A stretch of 64,000 bases of DNA from Anthoceros angustus. Its lineage: Eukaryota; Plantae; Anthocerotophyta. Location: positions 1,054,001-1,118,000 of the forward strand of contig VJWM01000019.1 in the NCBI GenBank assembly GCA_010909165.1, written 5' to 3'. Shown here in pieces: positions 36,640-49,900 of this stretch. The position numbers and the translations under genes are program-made. Every line of letters starts with the position of its first letter. Position 1 is the first letter of the stretch. The notes under the pieces were generated by a model. It was not told where the DNA came from. It saw nothing but the letters and a program-made list of their open reading frames with translations, and ran no database searches.

Positions 36640-39600
36640 TACTTCTTCACCGCCACCCGTTTCACCCGGTGGGCAGCGACTCTCCATCTCGATTGAGCGG
36701 ACCCGTTGTCATATACTTGCACCACTTAGTGCGGACCCATCCATCTCGGTGAAGTTTGCACGGAAAATGCATGTGGCGACTATCATAAAGGAGGGCGGTC
36801 CCTTCCTTTACATACTCGATTCCGATCGGCGATCGTGCCAAATCTTTGTTGGTTTTGCACCAAGCATCTTCGTGAGCTTCTTCCACTGTCCTGTGTCTTG
36901 AACAAACCCCAAGAGTCGCTCGGTGGCTTTCCTCTTCGTCTCCCTTCCATCATTACTCGAAAAGTGGGCACTTCAAACTCGGCATTACGGGAGAGTGTCA
37001 GTAGGTCAAGTAAGGGTCCGTTGTGTGGTCACCTTCTCTGCTGTCGGGCATACAGTGCGGATGGCGACTTGGTATCCCGATCATGGGCGTAGTTCCTGTG
37101 AGTTTATTGAATCCTGCGGATGAGCCCATTTGTCTTCTCTGTCGCCCATTGGCCTTAGGATTGTAGGGTGCCGTCTTGCGATGATTGATGCGAAATACTC
37201 CGTCATGGCGGCCACCACATCATTAAGGAAATGGGTTCCCCTATCACTTACCAAGCGGCGGACATCCGAGGGTTATGATGTTCTCGTCAGAATTTGGCCA
37301 CGGTATTTGCGAGTCCGTTCTTGTCGCCGCCTCTACCCACACAGTGCGATGGTCGTTGCCACGGGATGTATCTCCTTTGTGTGTGTCTTGTCGTGGTGTA
37401 TGGGTCCAACAAAGTCAATACCCACTTTTGAAGGTGCGATTGCCAATATCGGTACTAGCGGCCTTTGTGTCGTCGGGGTTGGCTTTCCGATCCGACAAGC
37501 ATCACACTTCTTCTGGCGGTGGGTGTCCCCATACATTGTTGGCCAGTATCCGCTTCAAAATCTTTTGGTGGTGACTGTCTTTGCGTAGTGTCCACCCCAA
37601 TCCTTGTGCATTCCCTTGGCTCTGTCCCTGCGGTTGCAAGTACCTTCGTTCTACTCCGTCAGGCCCTAATTTGAACACACCCGTTGTACATTACGAAGGG
37701 TCGAGCATAGTGCACGAATGCCTCCCTTCACGTGATTTTCGGGAGCTCCATTCCCAGTACCGCTCTATTTCTTCGTGAGGTCGGACGACCATGGCGGACC
37801 CTCCTTCTCACTTCTAAGGCTGCCGATTCTCGTAGCTTGGGGTTGATTGGTCGGCTCCTCGGTTGTACTTTACAACCAACCCTACTAGAAAGGGCAGCCT
37901 ATGTTACGATCGTTGTTGCAATTTTATGTTACACTTCTAACTTGCAACATCATTTGAGGCTTAGTATTGAGTTTGTCGTTTCTTTCCCCAAGTGGGCCTA
38001 CAATCTTAACGAACTGGCTCTCTCTCCTACCACTTCACCCTCTTAACTACATCCCTCTCTCATACGCATTGTTTATGAATTCCCTCATGCAATTGCAACA
38101 TATGGTAACAGGACCCTCTCTCTCTTCTCTCCTCCCCATCTTTATTACACCCCATTGGGAGTACAATTAGTTAATGTTTTTCCTAGCGCTCTTCTTTGCA
38201 CTCTCTCTTCACAACTATTTGTTAATGGTGCCCAGACACGAATATCACATGCCATTAAGTCACCTTTAAAGGTGACCTAAACATAATATTTAACCTATGT
38301 CTAAGTTCGTGGGTCGAGGCTCACTCTATGTTCGGAGGCAAGGAGAAGGAGAGAGGAGGAAGGGAGGGAGGAAGGGGGAGGAGGAAGGAGGCAAGGAGGA
38401 AAGGAGAGGGATGAGGTAGAGGAGGAGGAGGAGTAGGAGGAGGAGGAGGAGGAGAGGAGGAGGAAGGGAGGCAATGAGGAAAGGGGAGAGGGATCGAGGT
38501 AGAGGAGGAGGAGGAGGAGGAGGAGGAGGAGGAGGAGGGAGGAGGAGGAGAGGAGGCGAGAAAAGGGGCAGGAGCGGGGGGAGATTATAAGGAGGAGGAG
38601 GGGAAGATGGAAAGAGAGGAGCAAGAGAGGAGGAAGAGGAGGGGAGAGGGAAAGAAGAGGAGGGTAGATGGGAAGGAGGAGGAGGGGAGAGGGAAGGAAG
38701 AGGCCCGTTCCATGCTGTGATTTCAAGTAAAGACCCGTTCAAGATTTCTAGTCTCAATTTTTCCCATGATGGTAATGTGACATGGCGTGGTGACGGATGG
38801 TGGCAGGCGGGATCACGTGTACACCCAAATCTTTTGGTTTTGCACCAAGCATCTTGGTGAGCTTCTTCACATCCTGTGTCTTTGCACAAACCCCAAAGTC
38901 GCTCGGTGGCTTTCCTCTTACATGTCTCCTTCCATCATTACTCGAAAAGTGGGCACTTCAAACTCATTACGGGAGGTGTCGTAGGTCAAGTAAGGGTCCG
39001 TTGTGTGGTCACCTTCTCTGTGTCGGGCAGGTCACGGATGGCTTAGTATCGATCATGGGCGTAGTTCCTGTGAGTTTATTGAGAATCCTGCGGATGAGCC
39101 CATTTGTCTTCTCTGTCCCCATTGGCCTTAGGATTGTAGGGTCGTCTTGCGATGATTGATGCGAAATACTCCGTCATGGCGGCCACCACATCATTAAAAT
39201 GGGTTCCCCTATCACTTACCAAGCTGCGGGCGTCCGGGTTATGATGTTCTCGAAATTTGGCCCGGTATTTGCGAGTCCGTTCTTGTCGCCGCCTCTACCC
39301 ACACAGTGCGATGGTCGTTGCCACGGGATGTATCTCCTTTGTGTGTGTCTTGTCGTGTGTATGGGTCCAACAAAGTCAATACCCACTTTTGAAAGGTGCG
39401 GTGCCAATATCGGTACTAGCGGCCCTTTATGTCGTCGGGGTTGGCTTTCCGATCCGTGACAAGCATCACACTTCTTCTAAGCGGTGGGTGTCCCCATACA
39501 TTGTTGGCCACGATCCGCTTCAAAATCTTTTGGTGGTGACTGTCTTAGTGTCCACCCCAATCCCTGCATTCCCTTGACGGTAGCTCCACCTCTCTGCAAG

Positions 39601-39843
39601 TACCTTCGTTCTACTCGTCAGGCTAATTTGAACACACACCGTTGTACATTACGAAGGGTCGAGCATAGTGCGAATGCCTCCCTCATCCACGAGTGATTTT
39701 GAAGCTCCATTCCCAGGTACGCTCTATTTCTTCGTGGGTCGGACGGCGAGACCCTCCCTTCTCCGCTTACACTAAGGCTGCCGGTTCTCGTAGCTTGGGG
39801 TTGGTGGTGGGCTCCTCGGTTGTACTTTTCTGCAGCAGCAAGT
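36640..39843 (-). pseudogene. Integrase of element A, present twice because of a ~2-kb tandem duplication (36835-38825 / 38826-40830)
   Basis: KVGIDFVGPIH at ~37400 and ~39370; WCKTNKD C-terminal segment at ~36850 and ~38840. Confidence 0.85.
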
Positions 39844-41215
39844 CCCTACTAGAAAGGGCAGCCTATGTTACGATCGTTGTTGCAATTTTATGTTACACTT
39901 CTAACTTGCAACATCATTTGGAGGCTTGGTATTAAGTTTGTCATTTCTTTCCCCAAGTGGGCCTACAATCTTAACACGAACGGCTCTCTCTCCTACCACT
40001 TCACCCTCTTAACTACATCCCTCTCTCATACGCATTGTTTATGAATTCCCTCATGCAATTGCAACATGACTGTAACAAGGACCCCTCTCTCTCTTCTCTC
40101 CCAGTCCCCATCTTTATTACACCCCATTGGTACAATTAGTTACTGTTTTTCATAGCGCTCTTCTTTGCACTCTCTTCACAACTATTTGTTAATGGTGCCC
40201 AGACATGAATATCACAGTAACATGCCCATTAACTGTCACCTTTAAAGGTGACCTAAACATAATATTATTTACCTATGTCTAAGTTCGTGGGTCCGAGGCT
40301 CACTCTGTGTTCGAGGCAAGGAGAAGGAGGGAGGGAGGGGAGAAGGGAGGGGAGGAAGAGGAGGGAGGAGGAAGGGAGGCAAGGAGGAAATAGGGGAGAG
40401 GATCGAGGAGAGAGGAGGAGGAGGAGTAGGAGGAGGAGGAGGAGGAGGAGGAGGGGAGGCAATGAGGAAAGGGGAGAGGGATCGAGGTAGAGGAGGAGGA
40501 GGAGGAGGAGGGAGGAGGAGGAGGAGGAGGAGGAGGAGGAGGGGAGAGGAAGGAGGAGGAGGACAGGAGGGGAGATTATAAGGAGGAGGAGGAAGATGGA
40601 AAGAAGAGGAGCAAGAGGAGGAGGGGAGGAAGGAAGAGGAGGGGAGGGAAAGAAGAGGAGGGTAGATGGAAGGAGGAGGAGGGGAGAGGGAAAGAAGAGG
40701 CCCGTTCCATGCTGTGATTTCAAGTAAAGACCCGTTCAAGTGATTTCTAGTCTCAATTTTTCAGCGATGCGTAACTATGTGACATGACGTAGGTGACGGA
40801 TGGTGGCGGCGGGATCACGTGTACACCCAGATCTTGTACTTCCAATCTGTGATTTCCTCTCAAATTTTCAGCATTGCGTAACTAGCTAGTGTGATTTGAT
40901 GTTAGAAGGCGATAGGCAAGGAGGAAAGGGGGAGGATCCGAGGGATAAGGAGGAGGAGGAGGAGCGGAGAGTCAAGGAGGAAAGGGGAGAGGGATGAGGT
41001 AGAGGAGGAGGAGAGGAGGAGGGAGGAGGAGAGGAGGAGGAGGAGGAGGAGGAGGAGGAGGGAGGAGGAGGGAGGAGGAGGGAGGAGGAGGAGGAGGAGG
41101 AGAGGCAAGGAGGAAGGAGGGATGGAGGAGAGGAGGAGGAGGAGGGAGGAAGGAGGAGGAGGGAGGAAGGAGGAGGAGGAAGGAGGAGGGGAGAGGGAAA
41201 GGAGAGGAGGGGAGA
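38335..41215 (+). repeat. Polypurine (GGA)n-rich tracts at ~38335-38700, ~40315-40700 and ~40915-41215
   Basis: Several hundred bases per tract almost free of pyrimidines on the plus strand. Confidence 0.95.
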
Positions 41216-42615
41216 GGATTTCAAGTAGAGGCCAATCCATGCTGTGATTTCAAGTAGAGACCCAATCCATGCTGTGATTTCAGTGAGACCCATTCCATGC
41301 TATGATTTCCAGTCTCAATTTTTTTGGTGATGCGTAACCGTGACATGATGTTGGTGAAGGGATGGTGGCGGGATCACGTGTAGGCCATAGCGGATCTTGT
41401 ACTTGCAGCATTGCAAGGTCAAGGCCAAGACCTGTTCCAATGCGTGATTTCCTCTCAAATTTTCTTCATTTGTAACTAGCTAGTGTGATTTGATGTTAGA
41501 GAAGCGATAGTAGCATGGCGGGGTGTCTCATGTACAATGTACGCAAGTAGTTGCAAGGTCGGGCCAAGACCCATTCCATCTTTGTTATTTCTTATCTCAA
41601 ATTTTCAGCGATGCGTAACCGGGTATGATGTGAAGTTAGGGAAGGCGTGGAAGAAGGCGAGAGGAGGATAGAGTGGAGCAACCCAGCAGCCATGGTGGGG
41701 CAAGGGCAAAAGGCATGCCGGACATGAGGCGGTTGTCTAGGGGAGAGAGAAGGAGGGAGGACTTGGAGCCAAACAACCCCAGAGGCGCATAAGCAAACAT
41801 GGGTCCAACACAAACTCGTAGGCACAAAAGGCAGCAATGCTCAAGGACAAACTAGTAAAGCGATGGACGTGGTGTAAGTATATGCGTTATCCGTGTGGCG
41901 TATATGCTTATTTTATATAAAATAGAATATGACCATATATCCAGAAATTACCATATAGTATATGTTACCATGAACAATACGTGTATTTTACAAGAATGTA
42001 TTCATACATATATTTTTATATATGTGTATTCATACAGTATCGGTGGGAACTACTAAGTAAAACTAGGTATTCCATAGGGTAATAGTAGTAAAAAGAAGGT
42101 AGATGGGGAGGAGGTTCGGTACCAAGCTGCAAAATTGTAACAAGAGACGATGTAACACTTTGGTTGTTGCAATTATGTTGAAATTTTGAGAGGGACACAA
42201 ACCACCTCTCACTACATTGCAACATAATTGCAACAAAGAATGTATTCATACATGTATTTTTATATATGTGTATTCATACAGTATCGGTGGGAACTACTAA
42301 GTAAAACTAGGTATTCCATAGGGTAATAGTAGTAAAAAAGGTAGATGGGGAGGAGGTTCGGTACCAAGCTGCAAAATTGTAACAAGAGGCGATGTAACAC
42401 TTTGGTTGTTGCAATTATGTTGAAATTTTGAGAGGGACACAAACCACCTCTCACTACATTTAACATAATTGCAACAAACTATAATAGTAACAAGGTGGAG
42501 GTTGGTTTCCAAACCTAGCGTAAAGGGGTCCCAAAGTGTAACGACCCCAGATTTTATAATTAAAAAGGGGTCCAAATCTTAACATAAGTGTAACATAGCG
42601 CCTTTTCTAGTAGGG
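39844..42615. mobile_element. Non-autonomous CACTA/CMC-like TIR element inserted in pol of A between RNase H and integrase; left end duplicated at 37880
   Basis: Inverted termini CCCTACTAGAAAGGGCAGCCTATGTTAC ... GTAACATAGCGCCTTTTCTAGTAGGG; AT-rich subterminal repeats; pol sequence resumes on both sides. TSD not resolved. Confidence 0.78.
41992..42477. repeat. ~245-bp direct repeat, 2 copies, near the right end of the CACTA-like element
   Basis: aagaatgtattcatacat...ggtagatggggaggaggttcggtaccaagctgc...ataattgcaacaaa occurs twice in tandem. Confidence 0.92.
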
Positions 42616-45600
42616 TGCAATGTCTCGTCAGGAGCATCTTCACAGTCTCCGACACACCTGCTTTTCAATCGTGAGAAATCGCATTTAGTCTTGCTCCCTT
42701 GTCTTGTTTCCACTTGACGTGAACTCCTGCGGCAACAATATCCACCTTGCTATCCGTCCGGACGGGTCCGCCTTATTCACCGGATGCTTGACAAAGTGGT
42801 CTACATAGAACACAAACTCCACAGGTAGCGGTAGTGTCGAATTTCTTGGACGCATACCATACCCGTGCTTGGCGCTGTTGTATCGTTCGCGTGGGTGACG
42901 CCGTCCGGTAGTATACGGGATAATCCCTTCGCTTGTCGTCCTTCCGGCTCGGCACTACTCCGATAGCAAAGCGGACACATCTACATACACATGAAATTTC
43001 TTGCTCGATCCGGTCCTCTTAGGCAGTGCGCTTACCAGGTGTTACATCCGAAGGCCTCCTCTCGCTCCACCGGGTGTCCAAACCTCCTCCTTCCCGGATT
43101 ACATCAACTTAGCGCCCTCTTAGCAAAGTCCTTAATAAACCGCGGTAGTATCCCACCATTCCGAAACCTCTCGGCTCCTTTAGGTTCGTCGGTGGAGGCG
43201 GATGACCGGACCTTGTCTGGTCCACCTCGATTCTCCGACACCCGATGTCGACAAGATTCCCTCCGTCATTCCAAAGTAGCATTTCTCGGGTGTAGGCTCA
43301 ATTGAGTCTCCGGCGCTCAAGCACCTTCTTAGATGCCCAAGGTGTTTGTCCTGCTCCCCATGCACACAAAATCATCCAGAATATCTCCATGAAGTCCCTC
43401 GAAGTCACGCAGGCGTTGGTCACCATACGCATGAGCGACCACAGGCGCTCGGTCATCCCAAAGGCACTTCTCTTGTAGGCAAGCGTACCCCACTCGTAGT
43501 GAAGGTCGTCTTGTCGGTCAAACTCCCTTAGGTGCAATTGGTTATATCCGGAGTAGCCATCCGAGGAAGGAGTAAGTAGTCCGTCCACCACCTTGTCCAA
43601 AATGTCGTCTGAATGGCATCGGAAGTGGTCCTTCTCCGTTCTTGCGTTGAGCTTCCTCAATCTTGGCATACCCGAATTTGTCTGGGAACCACCACAATCG
43701 CGACCCACTCGGGACGATGGGGAAAATGATGTCTGCCTCCGGTACTTATCAAGGACCTCCTTCACCTTGATCGAATACTTGGGGTTGAGCTTGTATTGTC
43801 GGATTGGTGGCACGCTCACGGCTTCAAATCGATCTTATGCTCCCACTTCTTGAATGCCCTTCATGTCCGTGACCTTGAAGGCGAACACCTCATAAAACTC
43901 CCCGGTTGCTTTAGTCCTTCCTTGGTCCGGCATGCCTTTCTTAAACTTGAATTTGCTGGCGGACCTCCACTTCTTCCACGTCGTCCGGGTTCACCGTCTC
44001 CGTTCTCGCCTCGCTGCGTCCAAACCCCTCGTCCTCCTCTCGGGGATCGTCCTCTCGCATCCCCATTCTCAAGAGCTCGGAGGTGAATCGTGTTACTCCT
44101 TGATGTCCGCTTTTCCTTGGTCCGACTCTTGTTGTCTCCCCTTGTCTTTGGTCCGACCTCCTCTTCACTTCCTTCCTCCGGCCCGTTGTGGCGTTTACTC
44201 GAAAACAATCAATCACTTCGCGCCAAAGGCATCCCGTAGTCCATCTCCTCCTCGGACCCGGCGGATCTTGGCGAAAAGTCGCCTCCTCGGAACTATCTTG
44301 TTTCGCCCGATTAAGTCCTCCGGTATATACCGGTAGTGCTCACGGTTTCCCACAATAGGTGTCCTTGCTCCGGTGATAGCAACCCTCCCTTCTCGCACCT
44401 TAGGGTCCCGGTCCACCGGCTTGAAGTGAATCTCCTTCCTTCCAAAGTGTAGCTGCAGGCCAACCCGGCCATGGCCGCCCCACCTCATACCCTAATGGTC
44501 CGGCGGTTTGATCACAACAAAATCCGGTTTGTAGGGTGCGGCTATGGTGGCCAAGACTCGGTTAACTCCCGCGGATCTCTTCTTGACATATACGCCATTC
44601 TCGAGTCTTCGTTGAGGTTGAAGGATGTGAAGCCCAATTTTCGTGCGTGGCTTGTGATGAGGTTGACTCGGACCCGTGTCCAACAGTACATCCTTGATGA
44701 TACATCCAATCTCCACTTGTACCACGCGCCCACAGGTCGTATGGGACACCACCCTCACTTCCCTGTGCTACCCTTCACGGCTTTGGTGCTCACCTGGGTT
44801 TCCTAACGGCCCACGGACCTCTTGCGTATTTGGGTTATCCCTCGGTGTCGAAAGGACACAAGGTGCTGATTCATCATCGTCGCCACATTAAAGGGGAGGC
44901 TTCTACCCCAATCGAGGATCCTGCTGCTGCGTCCTCATCCTCTCCCCGGGTCACCCGTGCAGGTATTCTCCGGATGCTTGCGCATTTCCTCCTGCAACAT
45001 CTCGGTCACCTCCGGACTACGTCCGGTGGAAGCTAACGTCGCGTCGCGGGAGGCACGTTCCTTCTCCCCATCTGCGGAGAACTTCCTTGGGTAATCCCTC
45101 GGGCTGCCGTCAGCCCTCCTTCATCGGTCGGATCCTCTGCTTTGGTATTTCCGTTTGATTGCCTTCCTCGGCGTCGTGGCCTTCCTCGATCTTGTTCTTC
45201 TTCAATGGCGCCTTTCTCGTCGCTCCTTCCTTGACTACAGTAGACACCTCAAGATTTCCATGACTCCCTTCCTTTCGACACCCCACCGTACCTTCTTGTT
45301 CTTTTCCATCTCGCGTACCTGGGAATCTCTTCCTCCGCCCAGAGCATCTTGACTTGCCGTCTGTGATCTTAGGAGGTGGCGTTGGTGGTCGGGGTTCTCC
45401 GCTTGGTGTGGCATATCGTCTGCCCCTTGTGGGGTTGGGACATAGCGTCTTGCATGTCATATGCCCGGCTGCTTGCGCCACCGCTCGAAGTCCCCATTAC
45501 CACCTCGTTGGAGTGCGGACACGCGTTGGAGTAATGGCGAGATTCCCGGTTCCAGCAGACCACGGCCGTCGGAGGATACGAAGGGCTCCCATGCGGTCTT

Positions 45601-46600
45601 TGCATCGGTGGGGCCCGTTGTATTCGGACCTCCGGTTGGCGGATACATGGTTTTGGGATATCGCGGCCCGGAGGGGCTTCACATGCGATAGGCCTCTTCC
45701 CATTGCTCCTCGGCCTCCTCCTCGATTCGTAGTCCACTTGATGCACCGGCCTTGAGGCGGTTGGACTTCGAATGGCCGTATGTTCGGCACGGCACACGAA
45801 TCGTTCGCCGTAGTCGGTGTTTTCCGCGCTCTCGGTCCTTAACTGGTTTATCGCGGTCCTCTACTCTCTTTATCACTTTTCCGGGTCCTCCGGACACCTA
45901 CCTCCTTTGAGGGAGTCGGGTCGGGGAGCTTCTCGGACGGTCTTGGTGTCACCACCTCCTTCTTACCACCTTCTTTTAGCGGGGCTTTCTTGCTCTTCTT
46001 CTTGCGGGGATACTCTTCCTCGCTAGAGACCTCCGTCTCTTCTTGGACGGGCTCCTCCTCGAAGACACCTCCGATTGGTCTTCCTCCTCCTCACAAGACT
46101 CTTCCTCCTCAGTCCCGAACCCGTTTCTTCTTCTTCTTCTTGCCTCCTTGGATTTCTTTATCCTCGATGTAGCGATTCCTCGTAGTTTTCGGCGCTCGAC
46201 CGCCTTGCCCACGTCCTTCTCGGCTAGCGGCGGGGCGTGCACAGCCATGGGTTTGGCTAGACGGCCGCGAACCCGACGCTTGCATCGTGGTATGGGTTGG
46301 ATGCCGATCCTCGGGCATAGAACCGCTCGATGTCTGAGCCCGGCTTCTCCTTCTTCCCTCGCTTGATTTTCCAACTTTGATAATACATACCCCTCACGGT
46401 CGATCCTCGAAACCGTTCTAGAAGGCATTTTCAAAGCTTCAAGCGAGGCGGGTGGGGCATTCTCCGTGGTCGGTACTTTCTCCGATACCATTGAGCGGTT
46501 CCTCGGAGAACCCCTTGGAAAAATTTGGATGGTGCGTCGACTCCCTCTCCGTTGAAGTTGGCTTTGGACACGAAGTCCTCCACAAAGGTCTCGCATCCGC
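42616..46600 (-). pseudogene. gag-PR-RT-RNaseH of element A, frameshifted
   Basis: Knuckle VVCWNRESRHYSNACP; protease DVLLDTG; RT PIRQYKLNPKYSIKVKE, DGYSGYNQ, EWGTLAYKR; LERRRLN..PEKCYF. Confidence 0.88.
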
Positions 46601-46936
46601 TCCTTCTTCCCTCCGAATATGGAGTCGCTTGTTTGGTCGAGGTAGGGGCCATGGGCTGCGCCATCGATGGGTTAGGCGTGGTTCCTACCTTCTTCCGTTG
46701 GCGTCCCTTGTACCCGTACTCGTCTTGGTCCGACAATTCGACCACGTTCTCCCTCCTCGATCGGTGCTGCTCTCGTTGGGTTTGGCGTCTCTCCTCTCAC
46801 GGCTCGGAGAGCGAGGTGACCACGTCCGATCCTCTGACGGTTCACTCTTGGTCGCTCGACCGCCACGCATTCACTTACCTTCTCTTCCTAAGGGCGCACT
46901 GCGGCACGGACCGATTTCATTCCCGCAGCGCCAAAA

Positions 46937-49900
46937 TGTGGCGGGACTTTTCTTGATGGCGGTAGCGCACAATCCGTGTCGTTGTAGGAAGAAGTCCGTT
47001 CCCAAAGGGAATGATAGGCCCGTTTACGCGTTTGGTGATTCTTACCGTCAGCGCTCGTTCGTCAACACACATACTCCTAACTACTCAGCGTTCAAATGAG
47101 GCCGGTATGGCCAAGCGTTTGAGACCCGTTCGCGTCCGTATCGTTCACATACATCCTCACGCATCGATCCTTTCCTCTCTCCTCTCACGCTACACTCTTG
47201 ATCTTAGAAAAGCCGCGGTTCTGTGATCCGGACCTCCTCCGTCGTTCCGCGGGCCTCTCGTCCGGGCTCTACACCCTCCCGGAGTTCCTCGGCTCACCGT
47301 TCGGTCATTCGGTGTCGGACGCTCGGGGCCACGGATCACCGATCACCCTTCCACACACCACAGCGTTAAGTCGTCACGGGACCTTGATCAATCTCCCGGG
47401 CCGTGCACCTTTCGGTGACTCGGGACTCACGTTAGCAAGAAGACTCACAAAGGTGCAGAGCGGCATCAACACCAAGAGAAAGATGCTTTACTAGCCTCGG
47501 CCCTCTTATCTGCGCCCAAGGTGGCGTCTTTATTACACCCCTATTACGGTGATAGCATTTCGGTATACCCTAATCGGCCACTACCCTATTTCCCCCCCTA
47601 TCTCCTTCGTTGTGGGGTGGGAAGGTCTGAGCCCGCCTCGGGGGTGGTCAATCCCCGTCAGCGGTTGTGGTGCACCCAATCGGATGATCCGTGAGGCGGG
47701 GCCCCTCCTCTCCCCCGGAATCCTGTCAGGTTGGGCTACTGGCGGCGGTCTGACAACCGCCGTTACCACGACGTCATCCTCCCCTGGCCCCTCCCTGGGT
47801 CCTTCGCCGGTGGGGCCACCAGCTATCGGCTCCCCTAGCGTAAGTCGAAGGGGGCTCCTCCTTACTGCCGCAGCCCGGTCCTCGAGGTCCTGTCTCGACT
47901 CACAACTTCAGTCGGCTTATTCACAGGTCCGGCTGGGTCCACCTTGCTCTGGGGTCCGGACCTCAGGGTCCGGACTTATTCAGTCCGGACTTGTCGGACT
48001 TATTCTGGTCCGGACTTGGTCCGGACTTATTCTGAGGTCCGGACTTGGTCCGCCTCCCTGGGGTCCGGACAAAGTCCGGACTCACGCCCACCCGGGTTTC
48101 CTCCCTCACGGGACTCCTCCGTGGCTCTCCCTCGAAGTCCTCCCTGTTCCCGATCGCCCTGGCTCCGCCGTTGGCCCCTCCTTCCATGGTGAGGTGCGGG
48201 GTGCTTACCTCGATCGCATCCGCGCTCCCTCGTTCTGCTCCTCCGGTTGCTCCTCTCCGCTCCGTCATCTCCAAAAGGCCACTAGGGTCCCTGTCTTGTC
48301 CCGTGGCCTTCATCTCCTTGAGCCTTCCGGTCCGTCCGTGCGTGCGTCGAGGCTTCTCGCCGGGAGCTCGGTGGTAATAGGCAAAGTCAGATCGACTTGT
48401 TGAATTGCCTCTTCCACGTGTGCCGGGCACCGATACTCCCTCCGCCATAAGTGTGGTGCGTCTTTGCTCTTGTTGGGCCACCTCTCCTGCCAGTTGGTGG
48501 GGCCGGGTATCACGCGAGGCTACAAGGCGGCCTCGGTCACCTCCTGCATGCCATTGTTGCTCCGCCTCCTCGCCGTTTTTCCTCGCCATTGACTTACCGC
48601 CATGGCGTTCCCTTCCGCCTTTCTCGGTGGACCGCGGCTTCTTTTACGCTTCCGGTGCTCGCGCTCCTCCGTTCATTACGGCCTTTAGCTCATGACTCCC
48701 TCTCCGGTCGGATACCTCCGTCCAGGCTCGGACTTCCTCCGGCTCATACAGCGGCAGCGTCCAACTCCTTGGATAGTCGCCGATTTTCCTCCGTCTTGAC
48801 GGGGACTCTATTTCGTGCTCGAGTCGTGGATTCTCTCGTTGAGAATCACTGCTCAAGCGCATCTTGGAGTTGTAGCTCCAGGCGTGTCCTTCTTGTCCTC
48901 CATCTGCTGCCGCCCTCCTACCTCCTGCGGTACTCGGAGATCCCTATCTCCCGAGTCTTGGCCTCTAACTCCTTTGTGCCTTGAGTTAGCCTCACTGTGA
49001 CTCTCTCCACCGGTTGATCCGTCTGTAGTGATCCGGTCGCTCTTTTGCGCGGCTCACTCCCGCCGCCTTTACAGGCCTCGCCCGGCGCTGCCGGGCCGCC
49101 TCCGCCAGTCCAGCTCTCTGCTTGTGCCGGGCCTCTTCCGCCTCTGCTGCGCTTCCCTCTTCGCAAGGTCCTCCGCCCGCGCTTGGCCTCCCAGCTTGCT
49201 TGTGCATGGTGAAGAACCTTAACCAGTCTGTGAACCGCCGGCCTCGCGCTCCGCCACCGGCGTTTCCCTTCCTCGATCCGGCGAGGGACTCCGCCTTTCC
49301 TTTGCCCCTCGGCCGCCTTCACTTGCTCTTGGGTTCCACCATCCTCCTCCGGGTGGCCTCCACTTCAGGTCTTCTCAGCACCACGAGACCCCAAAGCATT
49401 CCGTCCATGGCGGTAGCAGGACTTCGCCGTGTTTCTTCCACGGCCGGTGAGGCCCCACAAAGTCCGTAGTGGGGCCGGCATTTCTCGGTCCGCCAAGGAC
49501 CTCCATACTGATCAGTAAGTCGGTGGGTTCTCGGACCTAATCGGGACCCTCGGGTCACAGTGGTGTCGAGTCTCACCCTCTTGGCCCTCTTGGCCTCTAA
49601 CTCCTTTGTGCCCTCTTTCTCACAGGGCTCGGAGGAGGTGAGGGGTCGGGAGCAAGCTCTTTTGCCCCTTCACAGCCGGGGCAGGGCCGGCTCGAGGTGG
49701 CTGCCCTGACCTCCTCCTTGGGCCACGTCCCTTCTGCCCTCCTTCGCCTCTTGACCTCTTGCCACTCCGTGGGCGGGGTAAGTCTGCACCTTCCGAGGTC
49801 TTTGCGTTGGTAAGCGGCACCGTCTTCCGCCTCTTGGCTCCCCCGGGTTCGTCGGGGCTCGGCCGTCGTGGTTGTTGGCTGTTGTTGCCGGTGCGGGCCG

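Noticed and set aside
38301-41293. Leu/Ser/Pro-rich or Arg/Glu-rich ORFs (extensin- or membrane-protein-like)
   Set aside because: They are translations of (GGA)n/(TCC)n tracts open in several frames.
46937-47630. LTR-A being only ~0.7 kb, with two tandem elements sharing it
   Set aside because: The 4.4-kb repeat ends at the same GCCCACA in both copies, with the PPT beside one and the host LTR-B tail beside the other; kept only as an evolutionary hypothesis.
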